From Candidatus Aldehydirespirator catecholifindens (GTDB taxonomy: Bacteria; Actinomycetota; Acidimicrobiia; Acidimicrobiales; Aldehydirespiratoraceae), in NCBI GenBank assembly GCA_028283245.1, contig JAPYNU010000073.1, forward strand, positions 383-64,382: a stretch of 64,000 nucleotides of DNA, given 5' to 3'. Both the position numbers and the translations under genes were made by a program. This document shows, one piece after another, positions 8,279 to 18,507 of the stretch (within the stretch, counting starts at the first letter, position 1; every line of letters begins with the position of its first letter). The notes below the pieces were generated by a model. The model did no database searches. It saw only the letters and a list, made by a program, of their open reading frames with translations, and was not told the DNA's origin.

Positions 8279-9259
8279 ATGGTGTCTATGGCTCATCCCA
8301 AACCCGACCGCAACATCGCCCTAGAGATGGTGCGAATAACTGAGGGCGCGGCCATAGCAGCCTCCCGTTGGATGGGTCGAGGCAACAAGGACGGTGCCGA
8401 CGAGGCCGCAGTGAATGCCATGCGACAGGTGCTGAGCGAAATCTCCATGGACGGGGTTGTTGTCATTGGCGAAGGTGAAAAGGACGACGCTCCGATGCTT
8501 TTTAACGGTGAGCGGGTCGGCAACGGGCACCCGCCGCTGACTGATGTGGCCGTAGACCCTATTGACGGCACCACACTCACTTCGCTTGGCAGAGCCAACG
8601 CAATGTCGGTGATAGCGGTCGCCGACCGGGGAACGATGTTCAGCCCCGGCCCTTGCGTCTACATGGAAAAGATCGCCACCGGCCCTGAGGCCGCCGACCG
8701 CATTGACATAACCCAATCGCCTACAGAGAACCTCCAAGAGGTGGCCGACGCCAAAGGCGAATCGGTTAGAGATCTCACAGCCGTGATCCTTGACCGTGAC
8801 CGCCACGAAGACCTAATAGCGGAAGTCCGCGAGACCGGTGCCCGCATCCGGCTCATTCCAGACGGCGACGTGGCCGGAGCCATATCCACTGCTTGGCCTA
8901 ACACCGGTGCCGACATCCTTTTCGGGATCGGTGGCACGCCCGAAGGTGTGATCACCGCTGCAGCAATCAAATGCATGGGTGGCGCATTGCAAGGTCGGTT
9001 ATGGCCTCGTAACGACCACGAACGCAAAGCGCTCACCGAGCAGGGCTACGACCTTGAGCGGGTGCTCACCCAAGATGATCTCGTCAACACTGACAACTGC
9101 TTTTTTGCTGCCACTGGAGTGACCGACGGTGATCTGCTGCAAGGAGTGCAGTTTGATTCCCGCTACTGCCACACTCAGTCGCTGGTGATGCGCAGCCGAT
9201 CAGGCACAGTGCGCATGATCGAAGGCCGTCACCACCTGCACAAAGCCCGCCGGATCTAA
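8279..9259 (+). CDS. glpX: Class II fructose-1,6-bisphosphatase
   Basis: 326 aa. [32 protein letters not shown]..., [14 protein letters not shown] and [11 protein letters not shown] are typical GlpX motifs. Confidence 0.93.
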   Translation: MVSMAHPKPDRNIALEMVRITEGAAIAASRWMGRGNKDGADEAAVNAMRQVLSEISMDGVVVIGEGEKDDAPMLFNGERVGNGHPPLTDVAVDPIDGTTLTSLGRANAMSVIAVADRGTMFSPGPCVYMEKIATGPEAADRIDITQSPTENLQEVADAKGESVRDLTAVILDRDRHEDLIAEVRETGARIRLIPDGDVAGAISTAWPNTGADILFGIGGTPEGVITAAAIKCMGGALQGRLWPRNDHERKALTEQGYDLERVLTQDDLVNTDNCFFAATGVTDGDLLQGVQFDSRYCHTQSLVMRSRSGTVRMIEGRHHLHKARRI

Positions 9260-9476
9260 CAGCGCCTAAACCCAGGCCGCGCTAGTCGCCGCAGCCAGGC
9301 AGACAGCGGTCAAGCTCAAGCTCGGTAAGGGTCAGGCCGTGTGGCCGCACAACAGAGAAACCCGAACCTTTGGCGTGAACCTCGGGCCCGGGTTTTCTGG
9401 GAGGAGAACTTCTGCTCAGCGCTGCAACAAGCCGACGGCACCCAACAGCAGCGGCTCATTGACGCTCATTGGCGGC

Positions 9477-11717
9477 TTAGTTCGTCGGAGCCACGAAAAC
9501 TCGAGACCCTTCGAATCTGTCGTCAGATCCGACAATCGGTAGATGATTTACGACTGTGATCACGAAGTCCGCACCGACCGCTATCTGCGACCAAGAGTCG
9601 TCATCACCAACGCCGAAAACGTCGCTATGGGTCTGCCAAACCCAGTCCGTGCCGTCAGCCGACCAGCCAATCAGCGCAACTGTTGGAGGCTCCTCAAACT
9701 CGTCAGCTTCACTGACAAATTCACTGGCAGCTTCACTGAAGAAGGACTCCAGTTGAGACTCGATGGCCTCACTGTCGGCGGCGGTGAAAGTCACTAAATC
9801 TTCGCTTGTTGCAGGGTCTATGAAAGTGAGAGCACCGTCAGCGCTTACACGCACCACCTCAATTAGGCTGCCAGGACCCACCTCCTCTAGGCCGATCACC
9901 AACACCTCTTCGCTGGCTGACAGATCAACAAGGGTCATAGAACCGGGAGGATCGTTGTAGCGCAGTTCGTAGCCATCTCTAACGACAGTCGCCGTTGCCG
10001 AACTGATGCGATCAATGGCAGGTATGGCATCGCTGTCAATCTGCACAGCCAGGGCACCTAGACCGGCAGGACCGGCATCAAGGCTCGTGATTATCACCCC
10101 GTCAAGGGTCGCTACCGTCTGTGTTTCGCTGCTGTGAACGTTGCGGATCAGGGTTGTGCCAGCAGCAGTAACGACCGGGATCCAGGCTGCTTCTGCTGTA
10201 AACCCGGCAGCATAGATTGACCAAGTGTCTTGAGGGGTCTCGGTCCAGTTACGCCCGTCAGAGGAAGTCAAAAGCGAACCCTGCAGATCGCTGTCGGTGA
10301 GGTAGACGGCAAAACCGCTGTTGGTGGCGGTGCCTACTACGCCTCCTTCGAAGGTGTTGGTCACTTCTGCGTCGGTGCCGTCGCTGTATAGCAACTGAGT
10401 CACATGATCTGGGCCGCCCACCAGTGCGTTGATCTCTTCGGGAGTCAACCCCAGTTCTGAGAAACTAACTTCAAAGGCCTCTGGAGCGCCTAGAGATCCA
10501 CCGGAATCGAAGCCTTCGACAATTCCAGCTCCTGTTGACTCGATCGCCGAGTCAATAGCTGAGTCAATATTGCTTTCATCAGTGCCAGCGTCTCTAGCGT
10601 CCAAGATCAGCGCAAGGCTGCTGTCATCAAGTCCAGTATATGACCATCCGAGCACTGTGCGGCCTTCGGGGACGACACCGCTTTCTTCGGCCAGTTTGGC
10701 AATGTCAAGCTCTTCAACGGTGTTGACTGCTATCACGATGTCGGTGCCGCGCACTAGAAGCAGCTCAATACTGCTGCGCTGGCTCACCGACTGTGAAGCT
10801 TCAGCAGAGATAGCGGCCTCAATGCTGATCTCGGTCCAAGTGGTGCCAGCATCTTGCGACGTGAACACACGCTGGACATCCTTCCTTTCGCCAAAAGGTG
10901 TTGAGTCACCTGTTGAGCCACCGAACGGATCAAAACCGGCGACCACCCAGTGATCACCGTCGACGGCAACACGGTCGGGTCGGTTGGGGCTCAATTCTTC
11001 TGGCATATTGACCTCAGCCCAGTTTCGGCCGTCAGAGGTGACCAGCGTCACAGGCCGAGTGTTGACCTGCGGAAGCTCAGCAGTGTTGACAGAACCATGA
11101 ATCAGCACTCGGCCATCGCCAAGGCTCTGCACTTCCGACACATCCCAAAGACCTGTCTCAACAAAATCCCAGTCGAGCGGCGGGCCTGAAGAGATCTCCG
11201 TCAGCATTGCTGAAATATCGTCTGAGGTGGTGCCTGCACCTTCGGCAGGAGCGAAACTCTGCTCGGCAGCAGCGTCATCGGCAGCATCGGAAGCAGCGGC
11301 ATCATCGGCGACCTCGGGGGCGTCAGCAGCATCGGAAGCACCGGCATCATCGGCATCATCATCGGCGGAGGCGGAGGCAGCAGCAGCGAAGTCCTGCTCG
11401 GTATCGGCGACCACTAATACTCTGCTCGGTTCGTCATCAAGCATTCTGTAGCCGACCACAGCCGCAATAGTCGCCACGCAGGCCGCCACAGCAACCCCAG
11501 CCCGACGAGCTTGGCGCCGACGGGCTCTCACCCTGACACGCTCCATCACATCGCTGAGCGAATAGTTGCTGATTCTGGCCTCAGCTAACCGATCAGCCCG
11601 AGTGGACACCGAAGCACGCAACGCCCTACCGATTCGGGTCTCCCAGGAATCGTTTTCGTTGCGCTCAGCTTCAAAATCGGGATTGTTAGTGTCAAATTTG
11701 GGAGTGTTCATGCCCAC
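9477..11717 (-). CDS. Membrane-anchored extracytoplasmic protein with BNR/Asp-box repeats
   Basis: 746 aa. Charged N-terminus, TM VAVAACVATIAAVVGY and an Ala/Asp-rich linker. At least four Asp-box-like motifs: SDGRNWAEV, SQDAGTTWTEI, SSDGRNWTET, SADGTDWVWQ. Confidence 0.7.
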   Translation of the reverse strand: MGMNTPKFDTNNPDFEAERNENDSWETRIGRALRASVSTRADRLAEARISNYSLSDVMERVRVRARRRQARRAGVAVAACVATIAAVVGYRMLDDEPSRVLVVADTEQDFAAAASASADDDADDAGASDAADAPEVADDAAASDAADDAAAEQSFAPAEGAGTTSDDISAMLTEISSGPPLDWDFVETGLWDVSEVQSLGDGRVLIHGSVNTAELPQVNTRPVTLVTSDGRNWAEVNMPEELSPNRPDRVAVDGDHWVVAGFDPFGGSTGDSTPFGERKDVQRVFTSQDAGTTWTEISIEAAISAEASQSVSQRSSIELLLVRGTDIVIAVNTVEELDIAKLAEESGVVPEGRTVLGWSYTGLDDSSLALILDARDAGTDESNIDSAIDSAIESTGAGIVEGFDSGGSLGAPEAFEVSFSELGLTPEEINALVGGPDHVTQLLYSDGTDAEVTNTFEGGVVGTATNSGFAVYLTDSDLQGSLLTSSDGRNWTETPQDTWSIYAAGFTAEAAWIPVVTAAGTTLIRNVHSSETQTVATLDGVIITSLDAGPAGLGALAVQIDSDAIPAIDRISSATATVVRDGYELRYNDPPGSMTLVDLSASEEVLVIGLEEVGPGSLIEVVRVSADGALTFIDPATSEDLVTFTAADSEAIESQLESFFSEAASEFVSEADEFEEPPTVALIGWSADGTDWVWQTHSDVFGVGDDDSWSQIAVGADFVITVVNHLPIVGSDDRFEGSRVFVAPTN

Positions 11718-11795
11718 AAAGACGCCTCAACTGCGGATTGAGTTCCCAACCCTTCGATCAGTTCGGCATCAGAGACCGTCTTTTGCAGGCGTTGA

Positions 11796-14021
11796 TCAGA
11801 TCTTTTCGAGAGGTGCCCACGACAACAGCAGCTGCTTTTCGCCGACGCTTGCGAAGCTAACCGCCGCCTCGATGTCGTCGCCTGTCGGCTTGATATCAAT
11901 AATGACACCCTCACCCCATTTGGCGTGACGCACATCGTCACCCACCCGCAAACCCAGACGTTCGGCACCTGACCTGCTCGGCAAGGATTGCTGGCGCGCG
12001 TCCAAAGCCCGATCCACGATCTCTTCATGATTGGCTGCCCGACGATCAAGACTGCGCTCATGTCTGCTGAGATGCTGATATCGGCTGCGCATCATGCGGG
12101 TGCCGTCAACCCGCTTGATTAGTTCATCGGGGATCTCCTTGATGAAACGACTCGGAGGGTTGTATTGCCGATTGCCGTAGAGCAGACGGCTCCAAGCGTG
12201 GGTCAAAGTGAGCTGACGCATCGCTCGGGTGATACCCACATAGGCGAGCCGACGCTCCTCTTCAAGTTCATGCGGCTCACCCAAAGCACGAATATGGGGA
12301 AAAACTCCGTCCTCCATGCCGATCATATAAACATCGGGATACTCAAGACCTTTAGCAGAATGCAAAGTCATCAATGTCACCGCCGAATCATCTTCTTGAG
12401 GGTCGGCCAAATCGTCTGTGTCAGCGACTAAAGCCACCGTCTCCAAAAAACTGTCGACGGTGTCGTGTTCACCTGCTGCACCCACCAACTCGGCTAGATT
12501 TTCAAGTCGACCGTCAGCTTCAACCGTCTTCTCCGCACGCAGCTCATCCAAATATTCGCTGCGTTCCAGCAGTTCCTGCAGAATCGCTGCAGGTGAAGCT
12601 TCCAGCGCAGCCACATCATTGATCAACGCTGTGAACTGTGCAATACCCAAAGCCGACCGGCCTGACACTCCAGCAGCAGAGCACCTGCCAAGAGCTTCAT
12701 AGAAGGTGATACCCGCCGAAGCGGCGTAAGCATCAAGTTTCGACACTGAGGTGGCACCCACTCCACGCTTGGGCACACTCAACGCCCGTTTCACGCTGAC
12801 TTCGTCACCCCGATTTACTACCGTCTTTAGATAGGCGATGGCGTCACGCACCTCGCGACGGTCATAGAAGCGTGTGCCGCCCACCAACCGGTAAGGGATC
12901 TCGGCTGCGTTGAGTTGCTCTTCCACGGCACGCGACTGAGCGTTAGTGCGATAAAACACAGCCATTTCGCTCAGGCTCATCTGCTCATCGTTGCGACGGT
13001 GAACAATCTCTGATGCCACGTATTGTGCCTCGTCGGTCTCATCGTCGGCGTGGTAGCAGATGATCGCCGGTCCCGAGCCCTGATCGGTCCACAAGTCTTT
13101 AGGTTTGCGTCCGGGGTTGTTGATGATTACTGAGTTGGCTGCGTCGAGGATGTTTTGAGTGCTGCGATAATTCTGCTCAAGCACCACAATGCGAGCATCA
13201 TCGAAGACCCGCTCGAACTCAAAGATGTTACGGATGTCAGCACCCCGGAAGGCGTAAATCGACTGGTCGGCATCACCCACCGCAGTCACTTGGCGATGCG
13301 CCGCTGCAAGCCGGATCACGAACTCGTTCTGCACCGGGTTGGTGTCTTGGTATTCGTCCACTAGCACATGCGCAAAGCGTTGCTGCCAACGCTGCAACGC
13401 CTCCGGCGAACTACGGAGCAACTCAACAGTGTTCAACAACAAGTCATCGAAGTCCATTGCACCCGCCACAGCTAGGCGTCGCTGATAATGGCTGAACACT
13501 TCACCAATGCGCCGCTCATAAACATTGCTGACCCGTTCGACGTATTGCTCAGCGCTGATGTTGTCGTTTTTGGCTGCGGAGATGACCGCATGCACAGAAC
13601 GCGGCGGGAACCGTTTGGAATCAAGGTTCAGGTCACGCAGCACGTAACTGCACAAGCGCACTGCGTCACCCTGGTCATAGATAGTGAAAGTGCTCGGATA
13701 GTCAATATGGGCCGCGTCGCGGCGCAAAATACGCACACAGGCCGCATGAAACGTGGACACCCACATGCTCTCGGCTACGGGACCTACTAAACCAGCGACG
13801 CGATAGCGCATCTCGCCTGCGGCCTTGTTAGTGAAGGTGATCGCCAGAATCTCGAAGGGTGACAACCCGTGGTGGTTGATCAGGTGAGCGATGCGATGAG
13901 TAAGCACCCGTGTCTTGCCTGACCCGGCCCCAGCTACTACCAGCAGCGGCCCGCCAGAATGGGTGACCGCTTCGTGCTGGGCAGGGTTTAGGCCTTCCAG
14001 TATCGCCGAGGATGCCATCAC
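11796..14021 (-). CDS. pcrA: ATP-dependent DNA helicase PcrA (UvrD family)
   Basis: 741 aa. Walker A GAGSGKTRVLTHRIAHL, VDEYQDTN, and C-terminal Tudor-like GDDVRHAKWGEGVIIDI. Confidence 0.93.
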   Translation of the reverse strand: MMASSAILEGLNPAQHEAVTHSGGPLLVVAGAGSGKTRVLTHRIAHLINHHGLSPFEILAITFTNKAAGEMRYRVAGLVGPVAESMWVSTFHAACVRILRRDAAHIDYPSTFTIYDQGDAVRLCSYVLRDLNLDSKRFPPRSVHAVISAAKNDNISAEQYVERVSNVYERRIGEVFSHYQRRLAVAGAMDFDDLLLNTVELLRSSPEALQRWQQRFAHVLVDEYQDTNPVQNEFVIRLAAAHRQVTAVGDADQSIYAFRGADIRNIFEFERVFDDARIVVLEQNYRSTQNILDAANSVIINNPGRKPKDLWTDQGSGPAIICYHADDETDEAQYVASEIVHRRNDEQMSLSEMAVFYRTNAQSRAVEEQLNAAEIPYRLVGGTRFYDRREVRDAIAYLKTVVNRGDEVSVKRALSVPKRGVGATSVSKLDAYAASAGITFYEALGRCSAAGVSGRSALGIAQFTALINDVAALEASPAAILQELLERSEYLDELRAEKTVEADGRLENLAELVGAAGEHDTVDSFLETVALVADTDDLADPQEDDSAVTLMTLHSAKGLEYPDVYMIGMEDGVFPHIRALGEPHELEEERRLAYVGITRAMRQLTLTHAWSRLLYGNRQYNPPSRFIKEIPDELIKRVDGTRMMRSRYQHLSRHERSLDRRAANHEEIVDRALDARQQSLPSRSGAERLGLRVGDDVRHAKWGEGVIIDIKPTGDDIEAAVSFASVGEKQLLLSWAPLEKI

Positions 14022-14102
14022 TGCTCACCCTACTGTCGCCAACCGACACCAAGAGGACAGCTCGGCACTGACGTGTAGATAACTCTGTATGGATGAACCT
14101 GC

Positions 14103-15560
14103 GTGCTTGTGGCAGCGTTACTAGGGCGGTCAGGCCAACCAAAAGGCGATAGCCTGCACTTTGTGGAGGTCGCCGACTCCGTCCTTGACCTCATAGGGAA
14201 CACGCCGCTAGTTCGAATGCGGCGAGCCGTCAGCGATGCCCGCTGCGAGGTGCTAGCCAAGCTAGAGATGCTCAACCCCGGCGGCAGCGTCAAGGACCGA
14301 GCAGCCATCGCCATGATTGACGCAGCCGAGAGGGACGGGCTGCTCAAGCCCGGCGGCACGATCGTTGAGCCCACATCAGGCAACACCGGCGTTGGCTTGG
14401 CTTTGGTGGCGGCTCAGCGCGGCTACCGCTGCATCTTCGTGGTGACCGACAAAGTCAGTGCCGAGAAGGTGCAGCTGCTACGAGCGCACGGTGCTGAGGT
14501 GGTGGTGTGTCCGGTCGCTGTCGCCCCCGACGAACCAGACTCCTACTACTCCACCGCTGAGCGCTTAATGCGCGAAACCCCTGGTGCCTACAGTCCTAAC
14601 CAGTATTTCAACCAGACCAACCCTCTCGCTCATGAGCAGACCACAGGGCCGGAGCTGTGGAGTCAAACAGGCGGGCGTATCACCCACTTCGTAGCAGGGG
14701 CAGGCACTGGCGGCACTCTGAGCGGGGTCGGTCGATACCTCAAAAGCCAGAAACCCTCAGTGCAGATTGTGGCAGCCGACCCTGAGGGCTCGGTGTTCAG
14801 CGGAGGCTCGGGACGGCCCTACCTCGTGGAAGGGATCGGTGAAGACTTCTGGCCCGAGACCTATCACCCCGAGATGGTGGACCAAGTAATCGCCGTGTCT
14901 GATCAAGCGTCATTTGACATGGCTCGGCTGGTATCGCATCGTGAGGGGCTGCTGATCGGCGGATCGGGCGGGACAGCCATGTGTGCAGCCTCAGAGCTAG
15001 CTCGAGACTGTGACCCCGACGATGTGATCGTGGTGCTTTTGCCCGACTCTGGGCGCGGCTATCTCTCCAAGGTTTTCGACAATGCCTGGATGGCCTCTCA
15101 CGGTTTCTTGATCTGCGATCACCCATGCATAAAAGATGTGATTGAAGCCAAACAGGACACGCTGCCGTCGCTTATCTACGTCAACCCCCAAGACCCTGTG
15201 AGCTTGGCTGTCGCTCGCATGAGCGAAAACGGACTGAGCCAGCTTCCGGTAGCTAAAGGAGAGATGCCGTTGGCAGCGGCCGAGGTGATGGGATCGCTGC
15301 ACGAACTTCGGCTTATGGCCATGGCCTTCGAAGGCGACCTGCTGAGCCAGCCGGTGGAGAACGTGATGAGTCCACCGCTGGCACAGATCGGGATAGGCGA
15401 GCCGATCGCTTTAGCCGTGGCCAAGCTGGAACGCTCTCCTGCCCTGCTGGTGCTTGACGGGGGCCGACCACGAGCGGTGATTTCTAGCACAGACGTGCTC
15501 GGCTACCTGTCGTCAATGCCCGATGCCATAACCGCCGAAGCTGCGGTTCTTGCCCTGTGA
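14103..15560 (+). CDS. cbs: Cystathionine beta-synthase (PLP fold type II domain plus CBS-pair domain)
   Basis: LIGNTPLVRM..., LEMLNPGGSVKDRAA, SGNTG, then a C-terminal CBS-pair region. In-frame GTG at 14163 is an alternative start. Confidence 0.88.
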   Translation: MLVAALLGRSGQPKGDSLHFVEVADSVLDLIGNTPLVRMRRAVSDARCEVLAKLEMLNPGGSVKDRAAIAMIDAAERDGLLKPGGTIVEPTSGNTGVGLALVAAQRGYRCIFVVTDKVSAEKVQLLRAHGAEVVVCPVAVAPDEPDSYYSTAERLMRETPGAYSPNQYFNQTNPLAHEQTTGPELWSQTGGRITHFVAGAGTGGTLSGVGRYLKSQKPSVQIVAADPEGSVFSGGSGRPYLVEGIGEDFWPETYHPEMVDQVIAVSDQASFDMARLVSHREGLLIGGSGGTAMCAASELARDCDPDDVIVVLLPDSGRGYLSKVFDNAWMASHGFLICDHPCIKDVIEAKQDTLPSLIYVNPQDPVSLAVARMSENGLSQLPVAKGEMPLAAAEVMGSLHELRLMAMAFEGDLLSQPVENVMSPPLAQIGIGEPIALAVAKLERSPALLVLDGGRPRAVISSTDVLGYLSSMPDAITAEAAVLAL

Positions 15561-16842
15561 CCAGCAACCGCACAACGGTGAGCAGCAACCAAACAACACT
15601 GACATGGACAACACTGGCATGGACAACACTGGCATGAATGACGCTGGCATGAACTTTGAGGACATGGAATTGAAGTTCGAGACTCAGGTAGTCCATGCTG
15701 GCCAGGCACCCGACGAAACCACCGGTGCCATAACTGTGCCCATCCATCTGGCTACTACATTCGTGCAGTCCGCGCCCGGTCAGACTCGCGGCTACGAGTA
15801 TTCGCGAACCTCTAACCCCACCAGAGCCTCCCTTGAGCGCAGCGTCAGCGCCCTTGAAAGCGCACGACACGGCTTCGCTTTCGCTAGCGGTATGGCTGCT
15901 GAGAACGCTCTCTTGAACATGATGGTGCCTGGAGATCATGTGGTGATGGGCCTTGATGCTTACGGAGGCACTTTTCGTTTGATTACTAGGGTCTACGGCG
16001 AGCGCGGTATCGCATGGTCGGCGGTCGATCTGAGCAACCCCGACTCGCTGGCGGCAGCGCTGAGACCCGAGACCCGCCAGGTCTGGCTGGAGACACCCAC
16101 AAACCCCACCCTCACTGTGGTGGACATAGCCGCAGTTGCCGATGCAGCCCATCAGGTGGATGCCATCGTTGTGGTGGACAACACTTTCGCCACCCCTTAC
16201 TTACAGAACCCTCTGGTCTTGGGAGCTGACGCAGTCGTTCATTCCAGCACCAAATACCTGGGCGGCCATTCCGATGTGGTCGGCGGTTTCGTGGCCGTCA
16301 ACGACGACGACTTAGCCGAACGTTTGGCCTTCGTGCAGAACGCGGCAGGGGCCGTGCCCAGTCCGTTTGACTGCTATCTGCTGTTGAGAGGCATCAAAAC
16401 CCTGACAGTGCGCATGGACCGCCACTGTGACAATGCCGAAGCTGTCGCTGAGTTCCTGTCGGCTCATCCAGCGGTGAAGCGCGTTTGTTATCCCGGCATA
16501 GCTAGCCATCTCAACCACCAAGTAGCCGCCCGCCAGATGCGCCGCTTCGGCGGCATGGTCTCGTTCGTCCCGCACGGGGGGGAGGTCGCTGCGGTCGCAA
16601 CCGTTAGCGCCACCAAGATCTTCCAACTAGCCGAATCTCTGGGAGCGGTGGAATCACTGATTGAACAGCCCGCCACCATGACCCATCAGTCGGTAGCCGA
16701 ATCACCTTTGGAAGTAGACCCGGGTCTAATCCGCCTGTCAGTCGGAATAGAAAACGCCGACGATCTCAAAGCCGACCTAGATCAAGCTTTAGGCCAAGCC
16801 ACAGGTCAAGCCACAAAAAATAGAGAGCACCACAGAAGCTGA
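15550..16842 (+). CDS. Cystathionine gamma-lyase/synthase (Cys/Met-metabolism PLP family)
   Basis: FETQVVHAGQ...TGAITVPIHLATTF and HSSTKYLGGHSDVVGG (PLP lysine motif). The TTG at 15550 overlaps the cbs stop. The true start may be one of the repeat ATGs or ATG 15664 (MELKFETQVVHAG). Confidence 0.88.
   Translation: MPCDQQPHNGEQQPNNTDMDNTGMDNTGMNDAGMNFEDMELKFETQVVHAGQAPDETTGAITVPIHLATTFVQSAPGQTRGYEYSRTSNPTRASLERSVSALESARHGFAFASGMAAENALLNMMVPGDHVVMGLDAYGGTFRLITRVYGERGIAWSAVDLSNPDSLAAALRPETRQVWLETPTNPTLTVVDIAAVADAAHQVDAIVVVDNTFATPYLQNPLVLGADAVVHSSTKYLGGHSDVVGGFVAVNDDDLAERLAFVQNAAGAVPSPFDCYLLLRGIKTLTVRMDRHCDNAEAVAEFLSAHPAVKRVCYPGIASHLNHQVAARQMRRFGGMVSFVPHGGEVAAVATVSATKIFQLAESLGAVESLIEQPATMTHQSVAESPLEVDPGLIRLSVGIENADDLKADLDQALGQATGQATKNREHHRS
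15595..15654 (+). repeat. 4 x 15-nt tandem repeat at the 5' end of the cystathionine gamma-lyase ORF
   Basis: Units: aacactgacatggac / aacactggcatggac / aacactggcatgaat / gacgctggcatgaac. Encodes (N/D)T(D/G)M(D/N) and places in-frame ATGs every 15 nt (15604, 15619, 15634, 15649, then 15664). Confidence 0.9.
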
Positions 16843-16853
16843 GTTGAGTCGGA

Positions 16854-18443
16854 TCACTCCCATTCGATGGTAGCTGGCGGCTTGGAGGTGATGTCATAGG
16901 CAACGCGGTTCACTCCGTCTACCTCAGCGATCACCCTGCTGCTGATCGCCTCAAGCACATCGTGAGGCAGCCGGGCCCAGTCAGCGGTCATAGCGTCTGA
17001 ACTGGTAACAGCGCGGATCACCACCGGTCGCCCGTAGGTGCGCTCATCACCCATCACCCCTACCGTACGAATGTCGGGCAGAACCGCGAACGACTGCCAG
17101 ATTTCACGCTCAAGGCCCGCAGACCTCAACTCGGCGCGCACAATCGCGTCAGCGTGGCGCAAAATGGCCGTAGCTTCGGGAGTGACCTCGCCGATAATCC
17201 GCACCGCTAAGCCAGGGCCAGGAAAGGGCTGACGGTGAACGATCTCCGGCGGCAAACCGAGTTCGGTGCCGAGTGCCCGCACCTCGTCTTTGAACAAAGA
17301 CCTCAGCGGCTCCACCAGTTCGAAACGCAGATCCTCGGGCAGGCCACCCACATTGTGATGGCTTTTGATGGTGGACGAATGCGTGGTAGCGCCCGACTCG
17401 ATCACATCTGGGTAGAGCGTTCCCTGGACTAAGAACTCTGCATCGACTATCTGGCTGCGGGCACGCTCGAAGGCCTGAATGAACTGCTCGCCCACAACCC
17501 TGCGCTTGGACTCCGGTTCGGTGATGCCAGCTAACGCCTCAAAGAACTCAGCGGACGCGTCCACGCACACCAACTCCACACCGAAATGCTCCTCAAAGAC
17601 CTGCTGAACTTCGTCCACCTCACCGGAGCGCAACAGACCTGTGTCCACCAGCACGCAGGTGAGCCGAGAGCCCACAGCACGATGCACCACCGCCGCAGCC
17701 ACCGCAGAATCCACGCCTCCTGACAAGCCGCAGATGGCCCTACCATCGCCGATCTGGGATGCCACCGACTCCACAGCTGCGTCGATAATCGAACCCATAG
17801 ACCAGCTCGGTGCGGCATTGCAGCCTTTGAGCAAGAAACGCCCTAACACTCTGCGGCCACAAGCGGTGTGCTCCACCTCAGGATGAAACTGCACCCCGTA
17901 GAGACCGCGCTCAACATCCTCAAAAGCAGCCACCGGTGAAGCTGCGGTCGTGGCGGTGACTTCAGCACCAGGCGGCGGCGAGACGATGGCATCAAAATGG
18001 CTCATCCACACAGGCAGCGGCGAAGACAATCCCGCAAGCAATTGGCTTCGCTCGCCATGCACAGTTAATTCAGCTCGACCGTATTCGCCGCGTTCGTTGC
18101 GTGCGACCGAACCTCCTAACTGCTCGGCGATGAGCTGCGCCCCGTAGCAGATACCCAACATCGGCACACCGAGTTCATATATCTCAGGATCAAGGCTGAT
18201 CGCTGCATCGACATGCACCGAAGCGGGGCCGCCGCTAAGGATCAAACCGCACGGCTGGCGGGCTGCGACCTCGGCGGCGGTGATCGAAGCGGGAACGATC
18301 TCGCTGTAAACCTGACATTCACGCACCCGCCGGGCGATCAACTGCGAATACTGTGCACCGAAATCAACCACCAGAACCGTATCGAAGCCTCTGCTGTGTG
18401 GACCTTCAGCGGTCAAGGGAGAGACCTGCCATTGACGCATCAA
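16854..18443 (-). CDS. guaA: GMP synthase (glutamine-hydrolysing)
   Basis: 529 aa. GATase domain [23 protein letters not shown]-PPase [10 protein letters not shown], and the canonical C-terminus KPPATIEWE. Confidence 0.95.
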   Translation of the reverse strand: MMRQWQVSPLTAEGPHSRGFDTVLVVDFGAQYSQLIARRVRECQVYSEIVPASITAAEVAARQPCGLILSGGPASVHVDAAISLDPEIYELGVPMLGICYGAQLIAEQLGGSVARNERGEYGRAELTVHGERSQLLAGLSSPLPVWMSHFDAIVSPPPGAEVTATTAASPVAAFEDVERGLYGVQFHPEVEHTACGRRVLGRFLLKGCNAAPSWSMGSIIDAAVESVASQIGDGRAICGLSGGVDSAVAAAVVHRAVGSRLTCVLVDTGLLRSGEVDEVQQVFEEHFGVELVCVDASAEFFEALAGITEPESKRRVVGEQFIQAFERARSQIVDAEFLVQGTLYPDVIESGATTHSSTIKSHHNVGGLPEDLRFELVEPLRSLFKDEVRALGTELGLPPEIVHRQPFPGPGLAVRIIGEVTPEATAILRHADAIVRAELRSAGLEREIWQSFAVLPDIRTVGVMGDERTYGRPVVIRAVTSSDAMTADWARLPHDVLEAISSRVIAEVDGVNRVAYDITSKPPATIEWE

Positions 18444-18507
18444 CCTTCCAGCATCCCAGAGTCTTTGGGAGATGGCGCGTCGCTTGATGACGTGCTCAAG
18501 AGCTGTA

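Noticed and set aside
9352-9398. Possible bidirectional terminator between convergent glpX and the BNR-protein gene (aaacccg...cgggtttt)
   Set aside because: Only a 7-bp outer stem with a poorly paired 24-nt interior. This is too weak to call by eye.
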